From contig JAIXOQ010000006.1 in assembly GCA_027486675.1 (NCBI GenBank), positions 9,125-73,124 of the forward strand: a DNA stretch of 64,000 nucleotides, read 5' to 3'. The stretch comes from Pseudomonadota bacterium (GTDB taxonomy: Bacteria > Bdellovibrionota > UBA1018 > CAIMNF01). The position numbers and the translations under genes were made by a program. Positions 37,199-47,257 of the stretch are shown here, in pieces; the first letter of the stretch is position 1, and every line of letters starts with the position of its first letter. The notes beneath the pieces are model-generated. The model was not told the DNA's origin. It did not search any database and saw only the letters and a list, made by a program, of their open reading frames with translations.

Positions 37199-39164
37199 AG
37201 TTTCGTTTCTCCTTCGATTTCTTGGATTGAGTTGTGAGTCCTGGAAATTTTTGTGTTTCTTTCAGATTCATCGGCAATCGCACAATGATTTTAGTGCCGG
37301 AACTGGGCGCGCTTTGAATGGAAACCGTGCCTCGGTGTGCTTCGATGAAATAGCGGGAGAGGTAGAGGCCGAGACCGGTTCCCTTCACTCTACGGGTAAC
37401 GTCATTTTTCACTCTGTGAAAGCGTTGGAAAAGGTGACGTTGCTCAGCCTCAGGGATCCCAATACCTTGGTCTAGGATCTCAATGACAGCAAAGTCTCCC
37501 TCTTCTTTCGAAGATATTTTTACGGTCGTATTTTCTGCCGAGTACTTGATTGCATTATCGATGAGGTTCGTCAGCACCTTTTGGATGAGGCCGGCGTCCA
37601 TGCGGAAAGGAAATAATGCTTCGAAGTCAGTTTTTATAAGAATCCCTTTTGCCTGAGCCGAGAAAGCCAGTTTTGCGATGGATTGCTCTAAAATTGCTTC
37701 AAGGTCGCGTGATTGAAGCTGCAGGTTGAGGCCTTGGGTGTCGAGGCGGCTCACTTCCAATAAGGAACTCACGAAATGATTGAGTTCATCTGAAGCACCA
37801 ACAATGCTGCCGAGTACCGAACGTTCGGTTTCGTCGAGTTTCCCTTGAAGCTCGCGGTTCAGGCGTTCTGCTAGACCCTGAATTTTCGCAATTGGGGTTT
37901 TTAAATCATGAGTCACGAGTTGGAGGAAGTTGGTCTTGAGTTCCTCTACCTCAAGGAGCAAACGATTTTGTTCTTCGAGTTGTCCACGCTTCCGATGCTC
38001 TAAATAAAGGCGGAAAGGGAGCATGAGATAGAAGCTGATAATAATCGCTGAAATTGGGTTTGCTAGAGGTAGCCAGAGACCATGGATGCGTCCGATGGGT
38101 TGAAACAGAATCCACGAAGAGATCAGCCACAGCGCCAGCACCCCTGTGGTAATCCACATGAGTCGAGATGGGCGTGCTCGGAATGATGCCTGTACGAGTA
38201 GAATCGCAGTTAGAAAGACCAGGAGTGCCACGATTGGCCTTGGAGTCGTTGAAATTCCGCCATGATTTAAGATCGAGTCTAAAATAAAGGCGTGAACTAG
38301 AAGTTTAGGTACGAGCAGCGGCTCGAGGCCGTTGGGTACTGTCGTATGGTCATTGGGATTTTCTTTTTGGAAGGCGCCAACTAGGACTAAGCGTCCCTGC
38401 AGTTCGGCACTGCCGACCTTCCCGTGAATCACATCTAGGGCACTGTATGTTGGGTAAGGGAAGCGGGCGTGCTCCGCATCGTAAATAAGTGAGTCCTTCG
38501 TGTGGGGCCGGAAGAGAAAATATTCCGCGTCGGATTCCTTTTCTCGGTAAAGGCCGGGCGGTGATGAAAGATCTTGATCCGTGTAGACGCGACTCGCGAG
38601 ATTCATTTCTAAGGTGCTACGGCCATACAGCGAGACCAGTGCACGGCGGGTCACTCTGTCTTTACCAAAGATCTTTCCGTCTCGATGGATCAGTGCGACA
38701 GCGCTCGGGAGTGACTGCAGATCCTGCGGGGGTAGGACTTCGCCATTGAGGTCAAAGGGGAGCCCAAGTACGAGCGGCGTGCCTCTAAGGTTCATGCGAA
38801 TGCCGGATTGAAGGAAGCGCTCCATCGTCTTTTGGCTATCCGCTGCATTTTTTGGAATCGCTTGATTCAAGTCGACGATGTAACCAATGCCTTTGGGGTG
38901 AGCTGCTTCCAGTTTTTCTGCAAGGTCGGCGTGGGTCTCCAAAGAGAGCGGTGTGACCTCATTCAGCTCGGCGCTGGTCACGTCGTCGATGGTGATCAGT
39001 GCGATGCGGGCGTCTGGGGTGGGGTTAAAGCTTAAGCGGTGCCTGAGGTCAAACAGTGTGGATTCTATGAAGTCTAGCGGGAGGATTAAAGACGAGGCAG
39101 TGACGACGGCTGCCAAAATGACACCAAGCAGGGCCGATCTAAGTGTGAATTCCCGCGCGCTCAT
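37191..39164 (-). CDS. CHASE2-domain sensor histidine kinase
   Basis: IALITIDD CHASE2 start, 3 TM, HDLKTP, NLIDNAIKYS, GTGLGL; TTG 39203 coincides with a -35 box so ATG 39164 is preferred. Confidence 0.9.
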   Translation of the reverse strand: MSAREFTLRSALLGVILAAVVTASSLILPLDFIESTLFDLRHRLSFNPTPDARIALITIDDVTSAELNEVTPLSLETHADLAEKLEAAHPKGIGYIVDLNQAIPKNAADSQKTMERFLQSGIRMNLRGTPLVLGLPFDLNGEVLPPQDLQSLPSAVALIHRDGKIFGKDRVTRRALVSLYGRSTLEMNLASRVYTDQDLSSPPGLYREKESDAEYFLFRPHTKDSLIYDAEHARFPYPTYSALDVIHGKVGSAELQGRLVLVGAFQKENPNDHTTVPNGLEPLLVPKLLVHAFILDSILNHGGISTTPRPIVALLVFLTAILLVQASFRARPSRLMWITTGVLALWLISSWILFQPIGRIHGLWLPLANPISAIIISFYLMLPFRLYLEHRKRGQLEEQNRLLLEVEELKTNFLQLVTHDLKTPIAKIQGLAERLNRELQGKLDETERSVLGSIVGASDELNHFVSSLLEVSRLDTQGLNLQLQSRDLEAILEQSIAKLAFSAQAKGILIKTDFEALFPFRMDAGLIQKVLTNLIDNAIKYSAENTTVKISSKEEGDFAVIEILDQGIGIPEAEQRHLFQRFHRVKNDVTRRVKGTGLGLYLSRYFIEAHRGTVSIQSAPSSGTKIIVRLPMNLKETQKFPGLTTQSKKSKEKRNYA

Positions 39165-39174
39165 CCCGGACCGG

Positions 39175-39203
39175 ATGGTATCGTTTCGACACCAATAAGT
39201 CAA
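39175..39203 (-). promoter_or_regulatory. sigma70-like promoter
   Basis: TTGACT-N17-TACCAT, 10 nt before ATG 39164. Confidence 0.65.
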
Positions 39204-39289
39204 CAGGATTAGTCGGGGACTAGGGCAAACGAATTGCCTCGTAATGAATTCGACCGAGCTGTGGTGCGTTAATAGTGAGGAAACGGCTC

Positions 39290-40555
39290 GTTACCTCATA
39301 ATCAGGTTTTGAACCCAATATGACCCGGACCATCCGGGCGAAAGGACCTGATTAAATGAAAAGCAACGAGCCTAGAGCTGAGAATATCAGGCGTCTGAGG
39401 GAAAGATATAGGGCTGCGGATAAGAGAACCAAGGGGTCGATCTTGAATGAGTTTTGCCTCACTTGGGGCATCAGTCGGAAGCGGGCAATTGCGCTTCTGA
39501 GGGGTCAGGGCTTAAGCCTAGTGGCAAGGTCTGGGCGCAAGGCAGTTTATGACGATCGTTTGGTGCATCACGTGGTCAAACTGTGGGACAGCATGGAGCG
39601 CATATGCGCAAAACGCATGAAGGCTGCAATTCCTGTGTGGTTAGAGTTTTATCATCCGGAAGATTTAGGGCCACATTTGCGGGCGCAGTTACTGAAGATG
39701 TCTGCAAGCACGATTGAGAGATTTTTAGTCCGTGGCCGAAAACGAATCAAAGGCATGTCGCTTACGCAACGGGATCGTTTCTTCCGCTATAAAATCCCAC
39801 TCACAAACAGTAGCGACAAGATCGTGAACGTGGGCCATGTTGCGGCCGATACGGTTGCGCACTGCGGGGACAATATGAGCGGGAGTTTTGCATGGAGCTT
39901 AACTGTCACTGAGCGCATCAGTGGATGGACAGAAAACCGTGCAATGCGAGAAAAGACAGGAAATGCAGTCAAATCATCGATTTCTAACTTGGAACAAACT
40001 CTTCCATTCGATCTAGCATCGATCCAGACGGACTGTGGGAGCGAGTTCTTAAACTACACAATGATGTGCTACTTCCAGCACAGAACAGTTCCTGTTCTGA
40101 TGAGTCGGTCAAGACCTTATCAGAAGAATGACAATGCCCATGTGGAGCAGAAGAATTTTACGCACGTCAGAGAGTGCTTCGGATACGAGCGCATAAGTGA
40201 CCTAGACCTAGTTCCTCTGATGAATGAGATCTACCGTGAGTACTGGAATCCACTTCATAACTTCTTCCTGCCGCAGATGCAGCTTCTTGAGAAGGAACGT
40301 GTGGGATCAAGAATCAAGAAGAAGCATGACTTCCCAAAGACGCCGTACGAAAGACTAAAGCTCGGACGGAATGTCACCGAAGAACAGAAGGAGATCCTCG
40401 ACCGAAGGATGAAGAGCCTAAATCCCTTCACCCTAAAGCGCGGACTCGAACAAAAGCTCGATCTCTTCTTTAAACTCTTAAAACAGGGAAAAAGCGGAAG
40501 GAAAGCGGCCTGATTTAACGCCCTGCAGCTCGGTATCACTCTTCAATGAGGTAAT
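39290..40555 (+). mobile_element. insertion sequence with DDE (rve-type) transposase, ISNCY/IS481-related
   Basis: Ends GTTACCTCAT / ATGAGGTAAT (9/10 inverted) flanked by direct repeat ACGGCTC (39283-39289, 40556-40562); an equivalent reading is 39289-40558 with a GCT duplication. Confidence 0.8.
39356..40513 (+). CDS. DDE transposase/integrase core
   Basis: ADTVAHCG, SGWTE, TDCGSEF, RSRPYQKNDNAHVEQKN, TPYERL. Confidence 0.92.
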   Translation: MKSNEPRAENIRRLRERYRAADKRTKGSILNEFCLTWGISRKRAIALLRGQGLSLVARSGRKAVYDDRLVHHVVKLWDSMERICAKRMKAAIPVWLEFYHPEDLGPHLRAQLLKMSASTIERFLVRGRKRIKGMSLTQRDRFFRYKIPLTNSSDKIVNVGHVAADTVAHCGDNMSGSFAWSLTVTERISGWTENRAMREKTGNAVKSSISNLEQTLPFDLASIQTDCGSEFLNYTMMCYFQHRTVPVLMSRSRPYQKNDNAHVEQKNFTHVRECFGYERISDLDLVPLMNEIYREYWNPLHNFFLPQMQLLEKERVGSRIKKKHDFPKTPYERLKLGRNVTEEQKEILDRRMKSLNPFTLKRGLEQKLDLFFKLLKQGKSGRKAA

Positions 40556-40993
40556 ACGGCTCACAGCTTTCCCTTTTTCGACAAAGCCGTTCTTGAAGCA
40601 GCCTACCGCGTAAATTCCGATTGGGGACTTCTCTGCAGAAAGCCGAGAAAAAGCCGTTGCTGCTTCGCTCTCGCGTGCGTACACAATCTCAATTCCTGCT
40701 TTGGACCCGCCAGCACCGCTTTTTGACGAAAAGTGGATGGAACCACCCTTGATACTTGCGGTAGCGATCTCAAGCGCCTTTCCTCTGACGGCTGGCTTTC
40801 CATTTTGTGATTTCTTGAAGCCCTCAAGCACAGCAAGTGTGCCTGCAGGTAGATTGATCACCGAGACTTCAGCACTCCGGTCGGAGGAAGGATTCTCCAT
40901 ATTTGACGTGCTAATACCTTGAGCGAAAGCAGCATTCCCGGTTTGAAGTGCAAGTGTAAGTACCAATAAAAAAGTCGTTTTTGTCGCGTTCAT
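40478..40993 (-). CDS. exported hypothetical protein, C-terminus replaced by IS sequence
   Basis: Signal peptide; promoter TTGCTT-N17-TACGAT-7 nt-ATG; last 25 codons run into the IS. Confidence 0.65.
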   Translation of the reverse strand: MNATKTTFLLVLTLALQTGNAAFAQGISTSNMENPSSDRSAEVSVINLPAGTLAVLEGFKKSQNGKPAVRGKALEIATASIKGGSIHFSSKSGAGGSKAGIEIVYARESEAATAFSRLSAEKSPIGIYAVGCFKNGFVEKGKAVSRITSLKSDTELQGVKSGRFPSAFSLF

Positions 40994-41091
40994 GGACCGG
41001 ATCGTAGGGCGACTGCAGGTTTAAAGCAATAGAAAAAATGATTCAGTCGCAGAATTTTTTCTACTGCGACCAGAAGTAAATCAGGCTCATT

Positions 41092-42657
41092 TCAAGACAT
41101 GACCGTCCGGGACTGTTCCCGCATGAATTGCGCCACATAATAGGGTCCGCAGCCCCCTTTTCCGCCCGCTCCCGACCCCTTCCAGCCGCAGAAGGACTGT
41201 ACTCCCGGCCATGCCCCGGTTGTGGCACCCGTTTTCCGGTTTGCGTAAGTGATGCCGCATTCGATGTGATCAAAGAAATATTCGAGCTCGCCTTCGTCAG
41301 CGCTAAAGATTCCGCTCGTGAGTCCGTATTGGCTTTTGTTTGCCTCAGCAATCGCAGCCTTCAGATCCGCGAACGTGGTCAGTGCTAAAAAGGGCGCGAA
41401 GAGTTCGTCTCGAAAGAGGCTGCTGCTGGTGGGCACTTCCACTAAGGTCGGTTCCACAAAAAGACCATGCGCGAAATCGCCTCCGGATTTTCTTAAGTCA
41501 CTTCCGCCACACAAAATCTTCCCGTCCTTCTTCGCAGTTTCCACTGCAGCAAGAAAACGATTCAAGGCCCGTTCATTGATGATTGGCCCCATGAAGGTTT
41601 CTTTTTTCTCAGGGTTTCCGATTTTGATTTCTTTCGCTCGTTTGATGAAGGCAGCGACGAATTGGTCCTTCTTTGAGGCATGCACAAATACGCGGGACAG
41701 CGCCGAGCATTTTTGCCCTGTGAGTCCGTATGCACTTCGCACGCAGCCCTCCACAGCTTTTTCAAGATCAGCGGTGGCACAAACAAATGCAGCATTTTTT
41801 CCGCCCAGTTCAAGGAGCACGGGTTTTGGAAAGTCAGTCACAGCATTACGTAAGACTTTCATTCCCACCTCTTTGCTGCCAGTGAATACAACTCCATCTG
41901 ACAGGGGATGCTTCACCATGAGTTCCCCGGTTTCAGCACCTTGGCCGAACAGGACATTAAATACTCCAGCAGGTAGGCCCGCGTCCCGCATGCATTCGTA
42001 AAGTTTGTACGCAGACCAAGGCGCGTCGTCTGAGGGTTTCAGTACAACAGTATTTCCTGCGGTCGATGCAGCTGCGGCCATTCCAGTGGAAAGAGCCATT
42101 GGAAAGTTAAAGGGCGCGATCACACTAAATACCCCGTAAGGACGCAGCACGCTGATCGCGTTTTCATTGTCGGACAGTTTTCCCATTTGGCGTTTGAAGC
42201 CTTGGGTATCTTCGATTTGCTGCACGTAGTAGCGGATCAAGTCTGCGGCTTCTTCAACATCACCCAAAGCTTCAAGTCTGCTTTTGCCGACCTCAAGAAT
42301 CATGATGGCTGCGATTTCTAAGCGGCGTTCACTGATTAAGTCAGCAGCCTTACGTAAAAGTTTTGCACGATCCTGCCAGGGAGTGTTGCCCCAAGAACTT
42401 TTGTAAGCCTCGTGTGCTGCTTGGTAGGCCTGATCCACCTGAGGTGCGCCTGCGACATGGAAACGTCCTAAGACTTGTTCGATGAGGCTTGGATTTCGGT
42501 TTTCAAGAAGTTTGCCCGTTCGGACCTCTTTTGCATTGATTTGGCAGGGATACTCCTGGCCTAGAGTTTTCTTCACTCCCACGATCGCTTGATCGAGCTC
42601 CAGGTGAAGTTCATCCATGTTTGCATTCAGTGCAGAATAGGTGATTCGAAATGCCAT
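41092..42657 (-). CDS. aldehyde dehydrogenase, P5C dehydrogenase-like
   Basis: PFNFP, FTGS, ELGGKN, GQKCSA, ELFAP. Confidence 0.9.
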   Translation of the reverse strand: MAFRITYSALNANMDELHLELDQAIVGVKKTLGQEYPCQINAKEVRTGKLLENRNPSLIEQVLGRFHVAGAPQVDQAYQAAHEAYKSSWGNTPWQDRAKLLRKAADLISERRLEIAAIMILEVGKSRLEALGDVEEAADLIRYYVQQIEDTQGFKRQMGKLSDNENAISVLRPYGVFSVIAPFNFPMALSTGMAAAASTAGNTVVLKPSDDAPWSAYKLYECMRDAGLPAGVFNVLFGQGAETGELMVKHPLSDGVVFTGSKEVGMKVLRNAVTDFPKPVLLELGGKNAAFVCATADLEKAVEGCVRSAYGLTGQKCSALSRVFVHASKKDQFVAAFIKRAKEIKIGNPEKKETFMGPIINERALNRFLAAVETAKKDGKILCGGSDLRKSGGDFAHGLFVEPTLVEVPTSSSLFRDELFAPFLALTTFADLKAAIAEANKSQYGLTSGIFSADEGELEYFFDHIECGITYANRKTGATTGAWPGVQSFCGWKGSGAGGKGGCGPYYVAQFMREQSRTVMS

Positions 42658-42675
42658 GGAGGCACGGTAGCAAAT

Positions 42676-43515
42676 TCAAATTAAACTTGCCAGAACCCCA
42701 GCCACGACCGCCTTTGCGGACTTCCGACACATCTTGAGGATGCTTTCATGATCGAGCGTTTGCTGCGATAGTCCTGTGCCTAGATTACTAATCAAGGAGA
42801 TCCCCGCAACTGTCGCACCGGCGTGTCCAAGTGAAATTGCTTCCCACACTGTGGACATGCCGACAGCGTGGAGGCCAAGTTTTCCGAAGATCGATACTTC
42901 GATCGGTGTTTCAAAGCTTGGGCCTAAAACGCCACAATAGTTTCCGTCATGGACCTTCACACCTAGGCTTGCGATGTGTCTCTTTAATGTTTCCCCAAGC
43001 TCTAGGTTGTAGAGTTTGCTCATATCGGGGAATCGGGCCCCGATCAGCTTGCCATCAGGCCCCTTCGGATTTGGACCCATCAGTGGGTTATTACCGGTGA
43101 AGTTGAAGTGGTCCCTGATGATCATCGCGTCGCCCGGCGTGAAGTTAGTCGTTAAGCCGCCCGCTGCATTCGTCAGCACAAAAGTTTTCACACCGGCTAA
43201 ACAGGGGATCATAACCGTTCGAGTGACCTCTTCAGGTGTGTGACCCTCGTAGCCATGTAATCGTCCGAACTGAAGGGATACGACCGTGGACCCGTTTGAG
43301 ATCCAAACGTACTCACCCTTGTGATCCACGACCGTTGAAGGACAAAGACCATCGAGCTCGCCGAATTTTATACGCCCACGAATCGCCCAGCCCGCAGGAA
43401 GTGTTTCTAATGCCTCACCATAGCCGGAGCCTAAGACCACGTGCGCTGTAGGGACTGTGACTCCGCAGTCACGCCAAGCTTTTTGGATTTGATCAACAGC
43501 AAGTTGTGAAACCAT
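42676..43515 (-). CDS. purine nucleoside phosphorylase (trimeric type)
   Basis: VLGSG, GRLHGYEG, LTNAAGG, GPSFETP.E, VGMSTV.E. Confidence 0.93.
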   Translation of the reverse strand: MVSQLAVDQIQKAWRDCGVTVPTAHVVLGSGYGEALETLPAGWAIRGRIKFGELDGLCPSTVVDHKGEYVWISNGSTVVSLQFGRLHGYEGHTPEEVTRTVMIPCLAGVKTFVLTNAAGGLTTNFTPGDAMIIRDHFNFTGNNPLMGPNPKGPDGKLIGARFPDMSKLYNLELGETLKRHIASLGVKVHDGNYCGVLGPSFETPIEVSIFGKLGLHAVGMSTVWEAISLGHAGATVAGISLISNLGTGLSQQTLDHESILKMCRKSAKAVVAGVLASLI

Positions 43516-43540
43516 CGTTCAGTTGTGGCAGATTTGGGCG

Positions 43541-44881
43541 CTATACGGCAAACGAATCTAGCGCCTGAAGAGTTCTATGAGTGAGTTCTTCGACGACAGC
43601 CGTGGATGAATTAATAGGTGGTCCAATCATGAAGAGGTCCCCATCGGTTCCATTGGCTTGTCCCACATTGGGCCAAAAAATGATTCCTGTGTCTTGTGCA
43701 TGAGCGACGAATCTTTCTGCAACCTTCTCCGCACGTGCGAAGGGCGCTTTCGTCTCCTTGTTCTTCACAAGCTCAACTCCAGCAAGCCATCCCGTGCCGG
43801 TGACTGACCCGACGAGCGGATGCTCGGCGATTTTTCTTCTCAGCTGTTGTTGGAGAGCTGACGCGGCACTGGCACCCGAGGTGAGTGTATTGTTGCGGTC
43901 GATGTAGGTGAGGGCAGCAAGTGCTGCTGCAGCCATGCAAGGAGCTTGGAGGTAAGTCTGAGCGTGCATGAAGTAACCAGAGGATCGTTTCATCGTATCG
44001 AGATCCTTTTGTTGAACCAGCAATGCCGACACCGGCATATATCCGCTATTTAAGCCCTTACCTAAAACCAAAATATCGGGTTTCAGACCAAAGTGTTCGG
44101 ATGCAAAAAATTTTCCGCTTCTCCCTGATCCACACAGCACTTCGTCAGCGATCATGAGAATTCCATGCTTTTTGCACAGGTCCGAAACACGCTGAAAGTA
44201 GTCTTGGGGTGGAGCCCAAGCGCCGGTGCTTGATCCACTGATGGTTTCAAAAATGAAAGCGAAGATCGTGTCGCCACCTTCTTTTTGGAGGAGCTGTTCC
44301 AGCTCAGCAATGTAGTGGTCCGTGCCTTGAGATTCGTAATCTTTTACAGGATTTCGGTATCCATACGGGCAACTCACAGTGAGCACTTCTGAAAGAAGAG
44401 GACCGTAGAGTTTTTTGTAGTGGGGGCGACCTGAGGCCGAGAGTGCGTAGAGCGTATTGCCGTGGTAACCCGGGGTGCGTGTGATCAGCTTTGTTCTTTT
44501 GGGTTCCCCGCGATCGACACACAGCTGCCGCGCAAACTTGATTGCTGCTTCAACGGCCTCTGAGCCGGAAGATAACAGAGCGACACGATCTAAACCTAAG
44601 GGTGCCGCCTTTTTTGCTAAATTGTCGGCACACTCCTCCATGATCCGAGAGGTAAACTGCATCCCATTGACGTAGGCGACGCGCGAAAGCTGCTGCGCGA
44701 TGCCCTGCACCAGCTCTTCATTTCCATGGCCTAGGGTTACGACGAGTGCTCCACCGCACGCGTCTAAATAACGTTTTCCGTCTTGGTCAAAAAGTTCTAT
44801 CCCCTTTCCATGAGAAATCACGGGGTAGTTTTTTGTGAGGCTTCGGAGGAGGACATGGCCCGCAGGGTAGGTGATGGACAT
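43541..44881 (-). CDS. class III PLP aminotransferase
   Basis: SGSEAVE, YHGNT, IADEVLCG.GR, LGKGL. Confidence 0.93.
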   Translation of the reverse strand: MSITYPAGHVLLRSLTKNYPVISHGKGIELFDQDGKRYLDACGGALVVTLGHGNEELVQGIAQQLSRVAYVNGMQFTSRIMEECADNLAKKAAPLGLDRVALLSSGSEAVEAAIKFARQLCVDRGEPKRTKLITRTPGYHGNTLYALSASGRPHYKKLYGPLLSEVLTVSCPYGYRNPVKDYESQGTDHYIAELEQLLQKEGGDTIFAFIFETISGSSTGAWAPPQDYFQRVSDLCKKHGILMIADEVLCGSGRSGKFFASEHFGLKPDILVLGKGLNSGYMPVSALLVQQKDLDTMKRSSGYFMHAQTYLQAPCMAAAALAALTYIDRNNTLTSGASAASALQQQLRRKIAEHPLVGSVTGTGWLAGVELVKNKETKAPFARAEKVAERFVAHAQDTGIIFWPNVGQANGTDGDLFMIGPPINSSTAVVEELTHRTLQALDSFAV

Positions 44882-44926
44882 AGGGTCAAGCTTTAAGCGC
44901 GAGACTTACGTCTGTAAAGACTGGTT

Positions 44927-45979
44927 TTAGGGGTCGACTCCGCAAGTGTTCGTTGCTGCTGTTGAGCTAAAGGTGCTGGGATACGCTTTTGCGGAATAGG
45001 TTTCCGTCGTTGAGTCATATACAATGGTGGTGACTCGGATTCCGATCGAGTTCCTGCAACTTGATCCCTCAAACTGATCCTTGATTGGGACGATGATATT
45101 CGGATTTTCTAAACATGTTGGGTTGGTGTACGAGCAACCCAAAACGAAGAGTGTATTTTCTATTCCAGGGGAGAGAATGCGATTCCAGTTATAGGGTGGG
45201 CTTGTGTATGTGGAAGCCAATTGATTTGGATAATGCACTATGATCGGGCCATCGCTACTCGTGTTGACCTGGTAGCGCAGGCGCCAAATGTAGCTCGTGT
45301 GTACTGCAGCGGGTAACACCGCGATCGCCCAACGATCGAAGTCCTGATCGGAGTTTGTGCCGCTCACTTGGGCTTGAGTTAACCCATAAAGACCGCCTTC
45401 AGCCTCACTGACTGGAACGCTCGAGACCGTCGCCGTAGCCAGTGCTCTAATCGAAGGTCCAACGCGAAGTGGAAGGATAGCTTCTTCCTGGGTGCCTATC
45501 GTGAGTTCTGCGCCCACTGGAAAAAGATCGTCAGTATTACCTGACGATAATGCGCAGTTTGCACCGGATGTGGCGTTCAGGGGTTTATGCAGAAAGCCGG
45601 CTGCACCTATGGTGGCATCACCAGCGAATGATTTTTCGATTTCAACAATCGGAAAAACGGTTGAGGGGACTTCTGTGTTGGCCGCAGCCACCAGGGGCAT
45701 CCGTCCTTCCAGCCTTCGCGTCGTCCAATCTGAAAGGCTTCCTCCCTGGCCGGAATTTTTTTTCCCGGGCCTTAAGCCGAATATCATGCTGTTTTGAATG
45801 CAGTTCTGTGTTCCAACTGTCGGGGACTCAAGAAGGGCAAACCATTCCTGAGATAGATCTCTTGATTCTTGTCCTTGAAGAGCAGGCTGTAACTGAACGG
45901 TCGTTTTCCTCGACACATCGGCACATCCGATCACAGCAATCGGCAGTAAAATGAAATGGAAAATTGTGGGAAGTTTCAC
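44927..45979 (-). CDS. hypothetical lipoprotein
   Basis: GTG 45979 gives MKLPTIFHFILLPIAVIG-C lipobox-like signal and avoids overlap with the MFS gene. Confidence 0.6.
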   Translation of the reverse strand: MKLPTIFHFILLPIAVIGCADVSRKTTVQLQPALQGQESRDLSQEWFALLESPTVGTQNCIQNSMIFGLRPGKKNSGQGGSLSDWTTRRLEGRMPLVAAANTEVPSTVFPIVEIEKSFAGDATIGAAGFLHKPLNATSGANCALSSGNTDDLFPVGAELTIGTQEEAILPLRVGPSIRALATATVSSVPVSEAEGGLYGLTQAQVSGTNSDQDFDRWAIAVLPAAVHTSYIWRLRYQVNTSSDGPIIVHYPNQLASTYTSPPYNWNRILSPGIENTLFVLGCSYTNPTCLENPNIIVPIKDQFEGSSCRNSIGIRVTTIVYDSTTETYSAKAYPSTFSSTAATNTCGVDP

Positions 45980-46037
45980 CCCCTCAGAATCGCCGAAGGT
46001 GTGCCGAGTCGAATAGCCCGTGACAAATGTTTGAGCG

Positions 46038-47240
46038 TCAGGAAACAAACCTGATGCGGCGTCCCACAACGTACGCAAGAAGCCCGAAGAACGTTGCCAC
46101 ATAGGCGGTGAGTTGAAACCCCGTCAACGGTCCGCCGTCTAGAGGGGATGAGACCAGAAAACCACCCACGAGTGCTGCTGTTGCAGTGCCAAACTGTTGC
46201 ACCGCAGAATTAAGGCTCAAAAAGCTCCCGCGAGTGGCTTGCGGGACGCTTGAGGACACAATCGTCATCGATGGGATAAACCGAGAGTTCGAAAAAATGA
46301 AATAAAGCGTCGAGCTTAAAAGTACGACAAACACGGTCGAGATATGCACATGGGTGAGCGCGTAGACAGGGATCAGAAACAAAAGACCCGTGAATTTAAA
46401 GACCCGAGTCGGTCCAAAACGATCGCAAAGCTTTCCCACCAAAGGGCCACTGATCGTGGTGAATAGACCACCTAGGAAATAGAGGTAAGGAAGATTAGCT
46501 TCTTTAAAACCTAAATTCCGAGTGATGTAGGGCGCGATAAATGGAATCACACAAAACTGGCTTAGCATCATCGCAAAAGTCATTAATAGTGCGAGCCTGC
46601 TGTTGCCGTGCGAAGCGGCAGCCTTGATCCCAGTCAGAAGCTGCGGCCGTGGCATACCCTTCTTTTCAAGATGCCCTCGCACCGGTGGAATCCACGTGTA
46701 AGCCATCAGAAGAAGGATCGACCCGGCAAGCACGATGGCAAAGAACGGTGCGTGCCAGTCAAACGTGTTGGCAAGAAAGAGACCTAATGGAACGCCTACA
46801 ATCGCGGATAGGGAAAATGCACCCATGATGCGACCCATGGCATATCCGCGTTTTTCAGCTGGAAATGTGTCGGCGATGATTGCAAATGAAATTCCAGAAA
46901 GTACTCCGCCAAAACACCCGGCGAGCGCACGCATCACCAGCAACATGGAGTAGTCAAATGCAAACGCACAACCGATGGTGCCGACTAAGAATCCCAAGTA
47001 AGCGCAGAGTAATGCGACCTTACGGTCGATCCGATCGAAAATCATCGATCCTAAAAGTCCACAGACGCCAGCTGCAAGCGTGTAGGCGCTCACTAGCACG
47101 CCAAATTGGCGAGCGGAGATCGAAAAAACACGCATGAGATGCGGTCCGAGTGGCATGAGAACCATAAAGTCCATGATGTTCGTGAACTGGATGAGTGCTA
47201 AAAGGACAAGCACTCGCAGTTGTTGGGACTCAGACAGCAT
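46038..47240 (-). CDS. MFS transporter
   Basis: About 12 TM, DRIDRK and DRFG motif A. Confidence 0.93.
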   Translation of the reverse strand: MLSESQQLRVLVLLALIQFTNIMDFMVLMPLGPHLMRVFSISARQFGVLVSAYTLAAGVCGLLGSMIFDRIDRKVALLCAYLGFLVGTIGCAFAFDYSMLLVMRALAGCFGGVLSGISFAIIADTFPAEKRGYAMGRIMGAFSLSAIVGVPLGLFLANTFDWHAPFFAIVLAGSILLLMAYTWIPPVRGHLEKKGMPRPQLLTGIKAAASHGNSRLALLMTFAMMLSQFCVIPFIAPYITRNLGFKEANLPYLYFLGGLFTTISGPLVGKLCDRFGPTRVFKFTGLLFLIPVYALTHVHISTVFVVLLSSTLYFIFSNSRFIPSMTIVSSSVPQATRGSFLSLNSAVQQFGTATAALVGGFLVSSPLDGGPLTGFQLTAYVATFFGLLAYVVGRRIRFVS

Positions 47241-47257
47241 GAAACGATCGTAACATG
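47238..47257. promoter_or_regulatory. putative symmetric bidirectional leaderless promoter
   Basis: CAT-GAAACGATCGTAAC-ATG; minus TGT-TACGAT-6nt-ATG, plus TGA-AACGAT-6nt-ATG. Confidence 0.55.

Noticed and set aside
41318..42001. 227-aa plus-strand ORF
   Set aside because: Antisense shadow of the aldehyde dehydrogenase; same for other long antisense ORFs such as 36906..37475, 23109..23654 and 18260..18826
41092..44881. Aminotransferase-PNP-ALDH as a novel pathway operon
   Set aside because: ALDH has its own promoter and no shared substrate is supportable from sequence
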